The translations under genes were made by a program, and so were the position numbers. Source: a virus (lineage: Duplodnaviria > Caudoviricetes). From it: a stretch of DNA of 64,000 nt. The stretch is from the IMG/VR virus record IMGVR_UViG_3300025840_004398. One strand, 5' to 3'. The stretch's first letter is position 1; each line of letters starts with the position of its first letter. Below are positions 1 to 9,747 of the stretch, piece by piece. The notes beneath the pieces were generated by a model, which searched no databases, was not told where the DNA came from, and saw only the letters and a program-made list of their open reading frames with translations.

Positions 1-687
1 CAGTCATTACTTAACGATTTAACTGATAGTGAAGTAAACCAACTTAAAAATATTGGTACAAGTACAATTTCTGCAACTCAATGGGGTTATTTAGGTTCAT
101 CTGACCAAGGAATTGCAAGTGGAGATGACCCTACCTTTAATACTTTAACTTTAGATGTTGCCGATGGTACTGCACCAATGACAGTTACTTCAACTACAAA
201 AGTAACTAATCTGAATGCAGACCTATTAGATGGTTTAACTTCTGATGACTTCCTTCGTTCAGACGCATTAGGTGGGGAAATCACATTCTCTAATACAACT
301 AACTCAACTTCAAAAACAACTGGAGCAGTTAAAATAAGTGGTGGTGTTGGTATAGCTAAAACTTTAAATGTTGGAGAAGATATCGTTGCATACGCATCCT
401 CAGATAGAAGATTAAAAGATGAAATCCAACCAATTTCTAACCCAATTGAAAAAATTTCTAAAATTGGTGGGTATTCTTTTGTATGGAATGGTGAAAAACA
501 GAATATTTATAAAGGTAAAGATTATGGAGTGATAGCTCAAGAAATTGAAGAAATCTTACCAGAATTGGTTGATACACGAGAAAATGGGTATAAAGCCGTT
601 AAATATGATAAGTTAGTATCACTTCTTATCGAAGGTATCAAAGAACTTTCTGAAGAAGTAAAAGAATTAAAAGAAAAAATTAAATAG
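1..687 (+). CDS. Tail fibre protein with C-terminal peptidase S74 intramolecular chaperone (5'-truncated by window)
   Basis: Frame 1 is open from base 1 (QSLLNDLTDSEVNQLKNIGTSTISATQWGYLG...). The C-terminus YASSDRRLKDEIQPI...GYSFVWN...GVIAQEIEEILPELV...VKYDKLVSLLIEGIKEL is a typical S74 chaperone with coiled-coil tail. Confidence 0.85.
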   Translation, partial: QSLLNDLTDSEVNQLKNIGTSTISATQWGYLGSSDQGIASGDDPTFNTLTLDVADGTAPMTVTSTTKVTNLNADLLDGLTSDDFLRSDALGGEITFSNTTNSTSKTTGAVKISGGVGIAKTLNVGEDIVAYASSDRRLKDEIQPISNPIEKISKIGGYSFVWNGEKQNIYKGKDYGVIAQEIEEILPELVDTRENGYKAVKYDKLVSLLIEGIKELSEEVKELKEKIK

Positions 688-698
688 GAAACCTATAT

Positions 699-1334
699 AT
701 GGCTCAGATAATTAAATTAAAAAGAAGTTTAGTTCAAGGCAATGAACCAACTACTTCTGACTTATCACCTGGAGAATTAGCAATAAACGTTTATGATGGT
801 AAAGTATTCCTAAGAAAGTCAGGCTCTGCTGTTGGTGATACCGTTCAAGAATTAGTAACAAATAACTTCACAGGTTCAGTTAACATACAAGGTACAGTAT
901 CAGCTTCATTTTATCAAGGAGACGGTTCTCAACTGAGCGGTATTACAGTTGCTCAATCAGCAACAGTTAGAAAATATTATAATGGTTCAACTTGGGTAGT
1001 AACTCATAATTTAGATACCCCAAATCCATTAGTACAGACTTATGATAGTGATAATTATCAAATTATCCCACAATCAATTAGATTAACAGATAACAATACT
1101 ATAACAATTACTTTCCCAAGTATAGTTAGTGGTTCTGCAGTTGTAGGTAAAGGTGGTCATATTGTTAGTGGTTCGGTAGATGCCGACAACGTTACTGGTT
1201 TCGATACAAAAGTAAAAACAAAATTAAATATAGAAGGAGTATTTAGTAGTTCACAACAAGTTGTCTTACAAGGTGATGTAACCGGAACTGCAGCTTCATC
1301 ATCAATTGCAGAAATTGATGGAGGTAATATATAA
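699..1334 (+). CDS. Short tail-fibre/adaptor protein with gp37/Mtd-N-like N-terminal domain
   Basis: N-terminus QIIKLKRSLVQGNEPTTSDLSPGELAINVYDGKVF resembles the T4 gp37-type/Mtd_N anchor. Also carries the THNL...YD..N.QIIPQ...KGGH module shared with ORF 4449. Confidence 0.7.
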   Translation: MAQIIKLKRSLVQGNEPTTSDLSPGELAINVYDGKVFLRKSGSAVGDTVQELVTNNFTGSVNIQGTVSASFYQGDGSQLSGITVAQSATVRKYYNGSTWVVTHNLDTPNPLVQTYDSDNYQIIPQSIRLTDNNTITITFPSIVSGSAVVGKGGHIVSGSVDADNVTGFDTKVKTKLNIEGVFSSSQQVVLQGDVTGTAASSSIAEIDGGNI

Positions 1335-1342
1335 TAACGATA

Positions 1343-1350
1343 TATTTATA
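1343..1350 (+). promoter_or_regulatory. Putative phage late-promoter motif TATTTATA
   Basis: Intergenic, 23 bp upstream of the ATG at 1374; same octamer recurs upstream of many structural genes. Confidence 0.45.
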
Positions 1351-1373
1351 ATATAAACAAAGAGGAATAAAAA

Positions 1374-4340
1374 ATGATTATACACAGTCCCGTAATTTCA
1401 GGTTCATTAACCTTCGCAGAAGGAGCTACATTCACATTACCAGATAATGGTGTTTATAGTGGTTCATTCTCAGGTTCAATACAAACCGCAGGTGGTTCAT
1501 TAACAATTGATGATACTACGTTCTCAAGCTTCAGTTCATCTGTATCAAGTTCTATTGGTGGAATATCCACAGACTTTGCAGATTTTAGTGGAAACGTAAC
1601 AGCATCAGCAGTTTCTGCCAGTGGAGTGATAAGTGGTTCTCAAATAGTAGCTGCCCAAGCTCATATTGATGGAATTACTTTTAACGTTGGTACAAATAAT
1701 ATGGTATCCATTGGAAGTAGCACAGGAGCAAATCCATTTAATTTGGGTGACCAAGGTTTATATATTAATTCTTCTGTTGGTAACACATCCGGATTCATTT
1801 CATTAGCAAATCAAGGAACAACAAAGGGTTCTATCTACTCTTATAATGGTTCCTTTATTATACAACCAGCAACTGGAGAAGATACAATAATTTACGCAGA
1901 TGGTGGAAATGGTGGATTATTACTTGATGCTGATGGGACTGCATCACTTGATTATCACTTATTACCAACTACCAACGTTGCACAAGATTTAGGTTCTCCT
2001 ACTCTAAGATGGAGAGATTTATATCTTTCTGGAAATACCTTCAACTTGGGTGGTACTAAAATAAAAGCACCAGCTGCTGGAGGACTTACTTTTACAAATG
2101 CAGATGATACTCCAGCTACGGTAACTGCAGCTCAACTTGTAGTTTCAAGTTCAGCAGGTGAGGTAGTATTGGAAGTTGATACAGATACAGGAGGACTTAA
2201 AACAACAACTACGGCTGGTGTAACTGGTTCTTCTGCAAACATTAACCCAACAGATGGTACACTACCATATAGAAGTGGTTCTGATTTTGGAGATTCCTTT
2301 TTAGCACAATCAGCTACATCTATTGATATAGGTGGCCACTTTATTCCTAGTGCACACAACACTTATGATTTAGGTTCTACTACAAAATATTGGAGAGACC
2401 TTTATCTATCATCTGGTTCCCTTTATATCAATGGTGTTCAAGTACTTTCAACAACTGGAACTGATTTCTTAGTACAAACAGATGGTGGTGAGAACTTTAA
2501 AATCCAAGAAACTGGTGCTGATACAATCACACTAGAAACTGCAAATGGTGATATTACTCTTACCGCTACTGGTACTGGTAACATTGAATTAGATGCACCT
2601 GTTCAAATTGCAGCAGGAAAAAACATTTTATCTTCTGATGGAAATGCAATTTCATTTGCAAGTGATATCAATGCGGGTACTAATAGAATTTATTCAACAA
2701 ATATTGGTAAATTAGATGGTACTTCAACTGTAACAGGTTCATTTGAAGGTGATGGTAGTGGATTGACTGGATTACCAACAAATTTAACTCTTTCTGGTTC
2801 TAGTGGAAATGATGTATTAAGTTTACTTGATGATGCACTTTCAATTATTGGTACTACTAATGAAGTTGAAACAACGGTAACTGATAATACTGTTACAGTT
2901 GGATTACCAAATGATGTAACTATTGGAAATGATTTAACAGTTGGAAACGACTTAACAGTAACAAGCAATACTACTATTCTTGGAAACTTAACAGTACAAG
3001 GTACACAAACTCAACTTAATACTGCAACACTTAATATTGAAGATAAAAACTTACTAATTGCAAGTGGAGCAGCCGATTCACCAGCAGCAAATGGAGCTGG
3101 TATTACAATCGATGGAGCAAGTGTAACATTCAATTGGGATAGTACTCAAAATAGAATGGATTTAAGTTCAGATTTAGAAATCACTGGAGGTGATTTGTAT
3201 GTTGATACTATTCATGGAGTAGGTGGTACTGATGTTGCTATTGATTCAAGTCATACCCTTTCAGTTGCAGCAGAAAAATTAAAAATTGGTGGAACTCCAG
3301 TAACATCAACTGCAGCAGAACTTAACTTATTAGATACTGCAGTTGCAGGAACGATAGTTAACTCAAAAGCAGTAATCTATGGGGCAGCTGGAGAAGTAAA
3401 CGCAACTACACTACAAATTGGTGGAACTTCTATTACGGCAACAGCAACAGAACTTAATCAATTAGATGATAACACGGTAGGTGGTACAACCGCAGGAGAT
3501 ATTGTAACAATAGATGCTACTCAAACACTTACTAATAAAACAATAGCAGCTTCACAAGTAACTGAAATCAGTAACTTAACTGCAGATGAAGGTGCTCAGT
3601 TAGAGAACATTGGTACAACTACAATTTCAGCAGCTCAATGGGGTTACTTAGGTGGTTTAACCGCTACTAATACAGAACTTAATCAATTAGATGGTAATAC
3701 AGTAGGTGGTACAACTGCAGGAGATATTGTAACAATAGATGGTTCACAAACTCTTAGTAACAAAACAATTGCAGCTTCACAAGTAACTGAAATCAGTAAC
3801 TTAACTGCAGATGAAGGAGCTCAATTAGAAAATATTGGCACAACTACAATCTCATCAACTCAATGGGGTTACTTAGGAGCAATGAACCAAGGTGTAACTA
3901 CCACATCTAGTGTAACATTTGCTAGTGTATCTTCTACTGGTGACGTTATTGCATACGCTTCCTCTGATGAAAGATTAAAAGATAATATTTCAAATATTAC
4001 TGAACCAATCAGTAAATTGAATGAAATTAGAGGTGTAAAATGGGAATGGAACGATAACGCAGATTCACTCCAAAAACAACTACCAACAGTTGGTGTAATT
4101 GCTCAAGAAGTAGAAAAGGTTTTACCTGAACTTGTAAATACAAGAGATAATGGATATAAAGCAGTTGACTACTCAAAATTAACAGCACTTCTAATTGAAT
4201 GTATAAAAGAGCAACAAAAAGAAATCGAAGGTTTACATACATCTTTACAATCTCAAAATGAGACAAACAATGAATTAATTCAGAATGCTTTGTCTAAAAT
4301 TAATGATTTAAAGGATGAAGTAGACCAACTAAAATCTTAA
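1374..4340 (+). CDS. Long tail fibre protein with C-terminal peptidase S74 chaperone
   Basis: G/S/T-rich beta-repeat body with HLLP...DLGS....WRDLY motifs; C-terminal YASSDERLKDNI...WEWN...GVIAQEVEKVLPELV...VDYSKLTALLIECIKE. Confidence 0.85.
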   Translation: MIIHSPVISGSLTFAEGATFTLPDNGVYSGSFSGSIQTAGGSLTIDDTTFSSFSSSVSSSIGGISTDFADFSGNVTASAVSASGVISGSQIVAAQAHIDGITFNVGTNNMVSIGSSTGANPFNLGDQGLYINSSVGNTSGFISLANQGTTKGSIYSYNGSFIIQPATGEDTIIYADGGNGGLLLDADGTASLDYHLLPTTNVAQDLGSPTLRWRDLYLSGNTFNLGGTKIKAPAAGGLTFTNADDTPATVTAAQLVVSSSAGEVVLEVDTDTGGLKTTTTAGVTGSSANINPTDGTLPYRSGSDFGDSFLAQSATSIDIGGHFIPSAHNTYDLGSTTKYWRDLYLSSGSLYINGVQVLSTTGTDFLVQTDGGENFKIQETGADTITLETANGDITLTATGTGNIELDAPVQIAAGKNILSSDGNAISFASDINAGTNRIYSTNIGKLDGTSTVTGSFEGDGSGLTGLPTNLTLSGSSGNDVLSLLDDALSIIGTTNEVETTVTDNTVTVGLPNDVTIGNDLTVGNDLTVTSNTTILGNLTVQGTQTQLNTATLNIEDKNLLIASGAADSPAANGAGITIDGASVTFNWDSTQNRMDLSSDLEITGGDLYVDTIHGVGGTDVAIDSSHTLSVAAEKLKIGGTPVTSTAAELNLLDTAVAGTIVNSKAVIYGAAGEVNATTLQIGGTSITATATELNQLDDNTVGGTTAGDIVTIDATQTLTNKTIAASQVTEISNLTADEGAQLENIGTTTISAAQWGYLGGLTATNTELNQLDGNTVGGTTAGDIVTIDGSQTLSNKTIAASQVTEISNLTADEGAQLENIGTTTISSTQWGYLGAMNQGVTTTSSVTFASVSSTGDVIAYASSDERLKDNISNITEPISKLNEIRGVKWEWNDNADSLQKQLPTVGVIAQEVEKVLPELVNTRDNGYKAVDYSKLTALLIECIKEQQKEIEGLHTSLQSQNETNNELIQNALSKINDLKDEVDQLKS
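3447..3877 (+). repeat. Intragenic tandem duplication, 225-bp (75-aa) period, two copies
   Basis: 3447-3652 and 3672-3877 are near-identical (TELNQLD.NTVGGTTAGDIVTID...QLENIGTTTIS..QWGYLG); differences are mostly at third codon positions. Confidence 0.9.
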
Positions 4341-4359
4341 AAATAAAGGTAATATTAAT

Positions 4360-4407
4360 AACCCTCCTTTATAGGGGGGTTTAATCCTTATATAAGGATT
4401 TTTATTT
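4360..4407 (+). terminator. Hairpin plus perfect 18-bp palindrome after the fibre gene (probable terminator or operator)
   Basis: AACCCTCCT-TTAT-AGGGGGGTT (4360-4381), then the palindrome AATCCTTATATAAGGATT (4383-4400) followed by a T-rich tract. Confidence 0.5.
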
Positions 4408-4448
4408 ACCAACTAATTATATAATGAAATCGGTAATAAGTCATAAAT

Positions 4449-7400
4449 ATGGCACAAGTAGTAAAATTAAAAAGAACATCAGTACAGGGTAAAATACCTA
4501 CTACTTCCAATCTTGAATTGGGAGAGTTGGCAATAAACACTTATGATGGTAGGATATTTTTTGAAAAAGATGATGGAATTCAATCTATACAAGAAATTCT
4601 TACCACAAATGCATTAAACTCAGGGTCTTTTAATTTAATAGGTGCTATATCGGCTTCTTCATTCGTTTCAGCTTCACATTTTGTTGGTGATGGTAGTGGA
4701 CTTATTAATGTTACTGCTACTTCTGTTCCCTTTAGTTCTATAACAGGAAAACCAACTCTTGTAAGTGGTTCATCTCAAATTGATGTAACTCAAACTCAAT
4801 TATATTCTTCATTAGCAACTACTGGTTCAAATACATTTGTAGGTTCACAAACAATACAAAATTCAAGTGTTGGTGCAAATTATTCTTTACAAGTACAAGG
4901 TTCAACAACAGGAGATAGATTTGGTGTAATTACTAACTCTACTGCTGGAAATGGAATTGTAATTAATTCAAGAAATGCATCTAATACTACCAATACTAAA
5001 TTATCATTTAGTGGTTCTTCATTTGAATTTGGTGGTGGAGATGTAACATTTTTAGATAATGTAACAATCGATGGTACATTAACCATAAATTCTGCAGCAG
5101 ATGTTTTAATTGAAGAAAATACACTAAAGTTAAACTATGGAAAATCATTTGATAGTGGTGGATTAGAAGTTGCTGGCACAAATGGAACAGGTTCATTATT
5201 ATGGGATGATGCGACAAGTAGATGGATTGCTGGTACTTTAGGAAGTGAAGTTCCTATTTTATTAAATTCATCTCAGGTGACACTTAGTGGTGTAACTGGA
5301 TTTACGGCATTTTCATCTTCAGTAGATTCAAGATTAGATGCACTTGAAATCGATACTGGTTCACAAGACAATAGAATAGATTCTTTAGAATCATTTTCAT
5401 CTTCTCTATCAACAACAGAAAACACATATAGTGGTTCATTTAGTGGTTCTTTTGTTGGAGATGGTTCTCAACTTAGTGGTGTAACATCTTATACAGATGC
5501 AGATACACTTGTATATATCAATTCACAAGGGGTAATTAGTGGTTCATCTCAATTAGAAGGTTTTGTTTCACAAAGTGGAAACTTTGTAGCTAATGAAACC
5601 ATAATAGCTACCGGTACAAACTCAGTTACTTCTTCAAATATACTTGCATTAGATACTACAAACAATTACTTAGGTATCAATCAATCCAACCCAGAAGTTA
5701 CACTTCATATGACGGGTGATGGTGCACAAACTGCTCAAATTAGAATGGAGCAGTTTAACGATAGTTCAGATGCACCTGATATTAGAACAAGAAAAGCCAG
5801 AGGTACTTCAGCATCACCTGCAAAAAATAATGCTGGTGATTTTATATACAGACAAAATTCTGAAAGATATAATGGTTCAGCATATACCACAGTAGGTCAA
5901 TTTGCAGTAGATACAAATAGCTCAAATGCAGATAGATTCCAACTTACTTTGACAGTTAGTGAAGATGGTAACACAATCGATGCTGCTGCTGCACAATTTA
6001 AGATTGATGGTAATGATGGTGGTGCGATTACTTTTAACGATGCATATAAATTCCCAACATCTGATGGAACAAATGGACAAGCACTTGTTACAAATGGTAG
6101 TGGTGTTTTAAGCTTTGTTACTGCAACATCTTATACAGATGCAGATACACTTCTATATATCAATTCACAGGGGGTAATTAGTGGAAGTTCTCAAGTTACT
6201 TCTTCATTATTAAATCAAGATGTTGATTTAGGTACTGGTGATTTAACTGCAACTGATATTACATCTACTAACTTTACCATAAACGATACCTTAACTGCTC
6301 CTACTATTACAGGTTCGTTACTCCGTCTTGATGAAAATGGTAGTGGATTACGAATGACCAATGTTGGTGCATTCGATAACTCATCAGGTGATTTTAGAAT
6401 ATTTGCAAATCAAGACTTAATTCTTGCTACAAATGGTCAAAATGGTACAGCAGTTACCATTGACCAAACTACAAAAGATGCTACATTTACAGGTAATATA
6501 TCAGCAGTAAATCTTACCTTGAGTGGTGATTTAACTGTTAGTGGAACGACCACAACAGTAAATTCAGAAACAATTAACATCTCAGGTTCATTACTAAAAC
6601 TTAATTATGGTGGTGGTGCAGTAGATGGTGGAATAGAAGTAACTGATTCAACCCTAAGTGGTTTAGATACTGGTTCTTTAATATGGGATGGTACTAACAA
6701 CTATTGGAAAGCTGGAGTAAAAGGTTCAGAAGTTAAATTATTAAGAGCAGAAGGAGATGGAATCCTTTCTGGTTCTCAACAAGTAATAGATTCTTTACCA
6801 AGTGGTGTAATTAGTGGTTCATCACAAATAACAGATGGAAGTGGTATTTTATCATCATCAAACGAAAACTTTACAACATTTAGTTCTTCAGTAGATTCAA
6901 GATTAGATGCACTTGAAATCGATACTGGTTCTCAAGATAGTAGATTAGATTCTTTAGAATTATTTTCATCTTCTCTATCAACAACAGAAAACACATATAG
7001 TGGTTCATTTAGTGGTTCATTTAGTGGTTCATTCGCACTTGAAAATGTAACTACTGATATTTTACCAGTTGACAACGAAGTACAAAGTTTAGGTTCTCCT
7101 ACCAAGAGATTTGCGGAAGTTTATTTAAGTAACAATTCTGCTAAATTCCCAAGTGGTAGTTTCGGGATGAATGATTTTGGTGATTTTACATTAGAAGATA
7201 ATAATGGAGATGCTACATCTCTTATAACATCCGTACTTAAATTAAAAGATACTGTTACCGATACAATATATAGTATAACGGCTGCTAATGATATAGTTGA
7301 AGTAAGTACTGATGTTAGTGTATCTGGTGATATTACTTTATCTGGAACAGTTGATGGAATCGACCTTCAATCATTTAGTTCTTCGTTAGATTCAAGATTA

Positions 7401-9743
7401 GATAGTTTAGAAACCGATACTGGTTCTCAAGATAGTAGATTAGATTCTTTAGAATTATATACACAATCACTTGATATAACCAATGCAGTAATAACTGGTT
7501 CATTTACTGGTTCATTTATTGGAGATGGTAGTGGATTGACTGGAATTGTTGCAGATGGTACAATATCTGGTTCAGACCAATTAACAAGTTCTTTAGACTT
7601 ATTATATGAACCAATTGCAAGTGGAACTCATACATTAGTTTCATCGTCTGCACAAGTAATATCACTTCTACCAACGGGAACAGTAAGTGGTTCATCTCAA
7701 GTATTAGGTGGAAGTGGAATATACTCATCCTCAACTCAAGTAGTATCTTCTTTATCAAATCAAACAGTTAATTTTGGTACTGGTGATATTACTGCAAATT
7801 CATTTAGTGGAGATGGTAGTAGTTTAACAGGTATTACAGTAGCACAAGCTGCAACAGTTGCAGATAGTTTTACAAATCAAACTTCCGTAACAGTAACTCA
7901 CAACTTTAATACAAGAAATATACTTGTTGCGGTTTATGATAGTTCTAATAATCAAATTATACCACAAAATGTAAATACCTCAAACTTAGACCAAGCAGTT
8001 ATTACATTCCCAAATGCAGTAACAGGTACGGTGGTTGTTGCAAAAGGTGGTCATATTGTTAATGCAGCTGCAACACAATTTGGTGGAAACTTCACGGCTA
8101 ATTCAAGTTTGAATGGATATACATTATCAGGTTCTGGTGATATTGATTTTGTTGGTGATTTAACTGTAAATGGTAATGCAACAATTACAGGTACACTTAC
8201 CCTATCAAACGCAGATGATATAAGAATTCAAGATAATACTTTACTTTTAAACTGGGGTAAAGGAAATACTGATGGTGGATTGCAAGTTTCATCCAATAGC
8301 GGAGCAACAGGTTCTTTATTATGGGATGAAAGTGTAGGTGTTTGGAAAGGTGGTACTTTATCTAGTGAGTATACATTCTATACTACTAATAATTTTAGTA
8401 TTTCAAATATAAACTCATTTACTCAATCCATTGATACAAGAGTAACAAATACAGAATCAACAGGTTCGGTTCATGAAAGTAGATTGGATAGTTTAGAATC
8501 GGCTACTGGTTCATACCAATCACTAGGAGCTGGTGTTTTATCTGGTTCTCAACAAATAACAGATTTTGGATTCATTAGTGGTTCTGATTTAGATGATATT
8601 CATTTATATACTTCATCATTAAAAACTGCTATTGAAGTTAGTGGTACTAACCTAACAGTACTTGGTGATTTAACTGTACAAGGTACTAATACATCATTAA
8701 ACACAACTCAACTTTTAATTGAAGATAAATTAATAACATTAGCAAGTGGTTCTACTACATCATTACAAGCCGATGGAGCTGGTATTGAAATTGAAGGAGC
8801 TAATAAATCTTTAACTTGGAATCATACTAATAGTTCTTTCCTATTTGATGCTAAAGTAAGTTCATCAGTAGGATTTAAAGGAAATGGTTCTGAATTAACC
8901 GATATTGTATATTCTAATATTGATTTTGGTGGAACAGGTGTACTAAGCGGTTCAGACCAAGTAACTTCTTCACTTGATTTAAGATACTTAGAAATCAACG
9001 GAGATGGTGTACTAAGCGGTTCAGACCAAGTAACTTCATCTTTAGATTTAAGATACTTAGAAATTAATGGTGATGGTGTGTTAAGTGGGTCAGACCAAGT
9101 AACTTCTTCACTTGATTTAAGATACTTAGAAATCAACGGTGATAATGTTCTATCATCATCAAATGAAAACTTTAGTGATTTTTCACAATCAATAGATACA
9201 AGATTACAATCAGCAGAATCTTTCTCTGCTTCACTTGACATCAATAACGCAATACTTACTGGTTCATTCACAGGTTCATTTACTGGTGATGGTAGTGGAT
9301 TAACCGGATTAACAGTTGACCAAGTAGCTTCTGTAACCGCCTCGTTTAGTAATCAATCAACAATTAATGTTGCACACAACTTTGATACATATAACGTTAT
9401 AACTTCAGTATATGATGATACTTTAAACCAGATTATACCACAAACCGTTTCATTAACTGACACAAACACACTACAAGTTGTTTTATCATCAACCGAATCC
9501 GGTCATGTAGTAGTTGCAAAGGGTGGTCATGTTATAGGTGATGGTTCTTATAGAGTATCTGTATCAGGAAACACTTCTTATACTATTACCCATAACCTTA
9601 ATGAAGATTATCCATTCGTACAATCATGGAACACTGTTTCGGGCCAAATGGAAATACCTAAATCAGTAACAAGTAACTCATCTAATGAACTAACAGTAGT
9701 ATTCGATACGACATTTAGTGGTAAAATAATAGTTAAAAAGTAA
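4449..9743 (+). CDS. Very large (1764 aa) tail fibre / virion fibre protein
   Basis: gp37/Mtd-N-like N-terminus (QVVKLKRTSVQGKIPTTSNLELGELAINTYDG), repeated SGS-rich and LTV.GDLTV.G strands, RLD.LE coiled-coil segments, and THN...QIIPQ...KGGH modules. Confidence 0.75.
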   Translation: MAQVVKLKRTSVQGKIPTTSNLELGELAINTYDGRIFFEKDDGIQSIQEILTTNALNSGSFNLIGAISASSFVSASHFVGDGSGLINVTATSVPFSSITGKPTLVSGSSQIDVTQTQLYSSLATTGSNTFVGSQTIQNSSVGANYSLQVQGSTTGDRFGVITNSTAGNGIVINSRNASNTTNTKLSFSGSSFEFGGGDVTFLDNVTIDGTLTINSAADVLIEENTLKLNYGKSFDSGGLEVAGTNGTGSLLWDDATSRWIAGTLGSEVPILLNSSQVTLSGVTGFTAFSSSVDSRLDALEIDTGSQDNRIDSLESFSSSLSTTENTYSGSFSGSFVGDGSQLSGVTSYTDADTLVYINSQGVISGSSQLEGFVSQSGNFVANETIIATGTNSVTSSNILALDTTNNYLGINQSNPEVTLHMTGDGAQTAQIRMEQFNDSSDAPDIRTRKARGTSASPAKNNAGDFIYRQNSERYNGSAYTTVGQFAVDTNSSNADRFQLTLTVSEDGNTIDAAAAQFKIDGNDGGAITFNDAYKFPTSDGTNGQALVTNGSGVLSFVTATSYTDADTLLYINSQGVISGSSQVTSSLLNQDVDLGTGDLTATDITSTNFTINDTLTAPTITGSLLRLDENGSGLRMTNVGAFDNSSGDFRIFANQDLILATNGQNGTAVTIDQTTKDATFTGNISAVNLTLSGDLTVSGTTTTVNSETINISGSLLKLNYGGGAVDGGIEVTDSTLSGLDTGSLIWDGTNNYWKAGVKGSEVKLLRAEGDGILSGSQQVIDSLPSGVISGSSQITDGSGILSSSNENFTTFSSSVDSRLDALEIDTGSQDSRLDSLELFSSSLSTTENTYSGSFSGSFSGSFALENVTTDILPVDNEVQSLGSPTKRFAEVYLSNNSAKFPSGSFGMNDFGDFTLEDNNGDATSLITSVLKLKDTVTDTIYSITAANDIVEVSTDVSVSGDITLSGTVDGIDLQSFSSSLDSRLDSLETDTGSQDSRLDSLELYTQSLDITNAVITGSFTGSFIGDGSGLTGIVADGTISGSDQLTSSLDLLYEPIASGTHTLVSSSAQVISLLPTGTVSGSSQVLGGSGIYSSSTQVVSSLSNQTVNFGTGDITANSFSGDGSSLTGITVAQAATVADSFTNQTSVTVTHNFNTRNILVAVYDSSNNQIIPQNVNTSNLDQAVITFPNAVTGTVVVAKGGHIVNAAATQFGGNFTANSSLNGYTLSGSGDIDFVGDLTVNGNATITGTLTLSNADDIRIQDNTLLLNWGKGNTDGGLQVSSNSGATGSLLWDESVGVWKGGTLSSEYTFYTTNNFSISNINSFTQSIDTRVTNTESTGSVHESRLDSLESATGSYQSLGAGVLSGSQQITDFGFISGSDLDDIHLYTSSLKTAIEVSGTNLTVLGDLTVQGTNTSLNTTQLLIEDKLITLASGSTTSLQADGAGIEIEGANKSLTWNHTNSSFLFDAKVSSSVGFKGNGSELTDIVYSNIDFGGTGVLSGSDQVTSSLDLRYLEINGDGVLSGSDQVTSSLDLRYLEINGDGVLSGSDQVTSSLDLRYLEINGDNVLSSSNENFSDFSQSIDTRLQSAESFSASLDINNAILTGSFTGSFTGDGSGLTGLTVDQVASVTASFSNQSTINVAHNFDTYNVITSVYDDTLNQIIPQTVSLTDTNTLQVVLSSTESGHVVVAKGGHVIGDGSYRVSVSGNTSYTITHNLNEDYPFVQSWNTVSGQMEIPKSVTSNSSNELTVVFDTTFSGKIIVKK
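5316..7018 (+). repeat. Dispersed intragenic direct repeat (about 134 bp), with a partial third copy near 7380-7455
   Basis: 5316-5449 and 6885-7018 both encode SSVDSRLDALEIDTGSQD.R.DSLE.FSSSLSTTENTYSGSFSGS. Confidence 0.9.
5483..6184 (+). repeat. Dispersed intragenic direct repeat (about 60 bp)
   Basis: 5483-5542 and 6125-6184 encode TSYTDADTL.YINSQGVISG. Confidence 0.85.
8937..9143 (+). repeat. Three tandem 69-bp (23-aa) coding repeats
   Basis: GVLSGSDQVTSSLDLRYLEINGD three times, with units starting at 8937, 9006 and 9075. Confidence 0.92.
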
Positions 9744-9747
9744 TGGT

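Noticed and set aside
3447-9143. Direct repeats in fibre genes as a diversity-generating retroelement (TR/VR pair)
   Set aside because: Differences are mostly synonymous third-position changes rather than adenine-specific, the repeats are not at C-termini, and no reverse transcriptase is present in the window.
8937-9143. 69-bp tandem repeat as a CRISPR array
   Set aside because: Contiguous in-frame coding repeats with no unique spacers.
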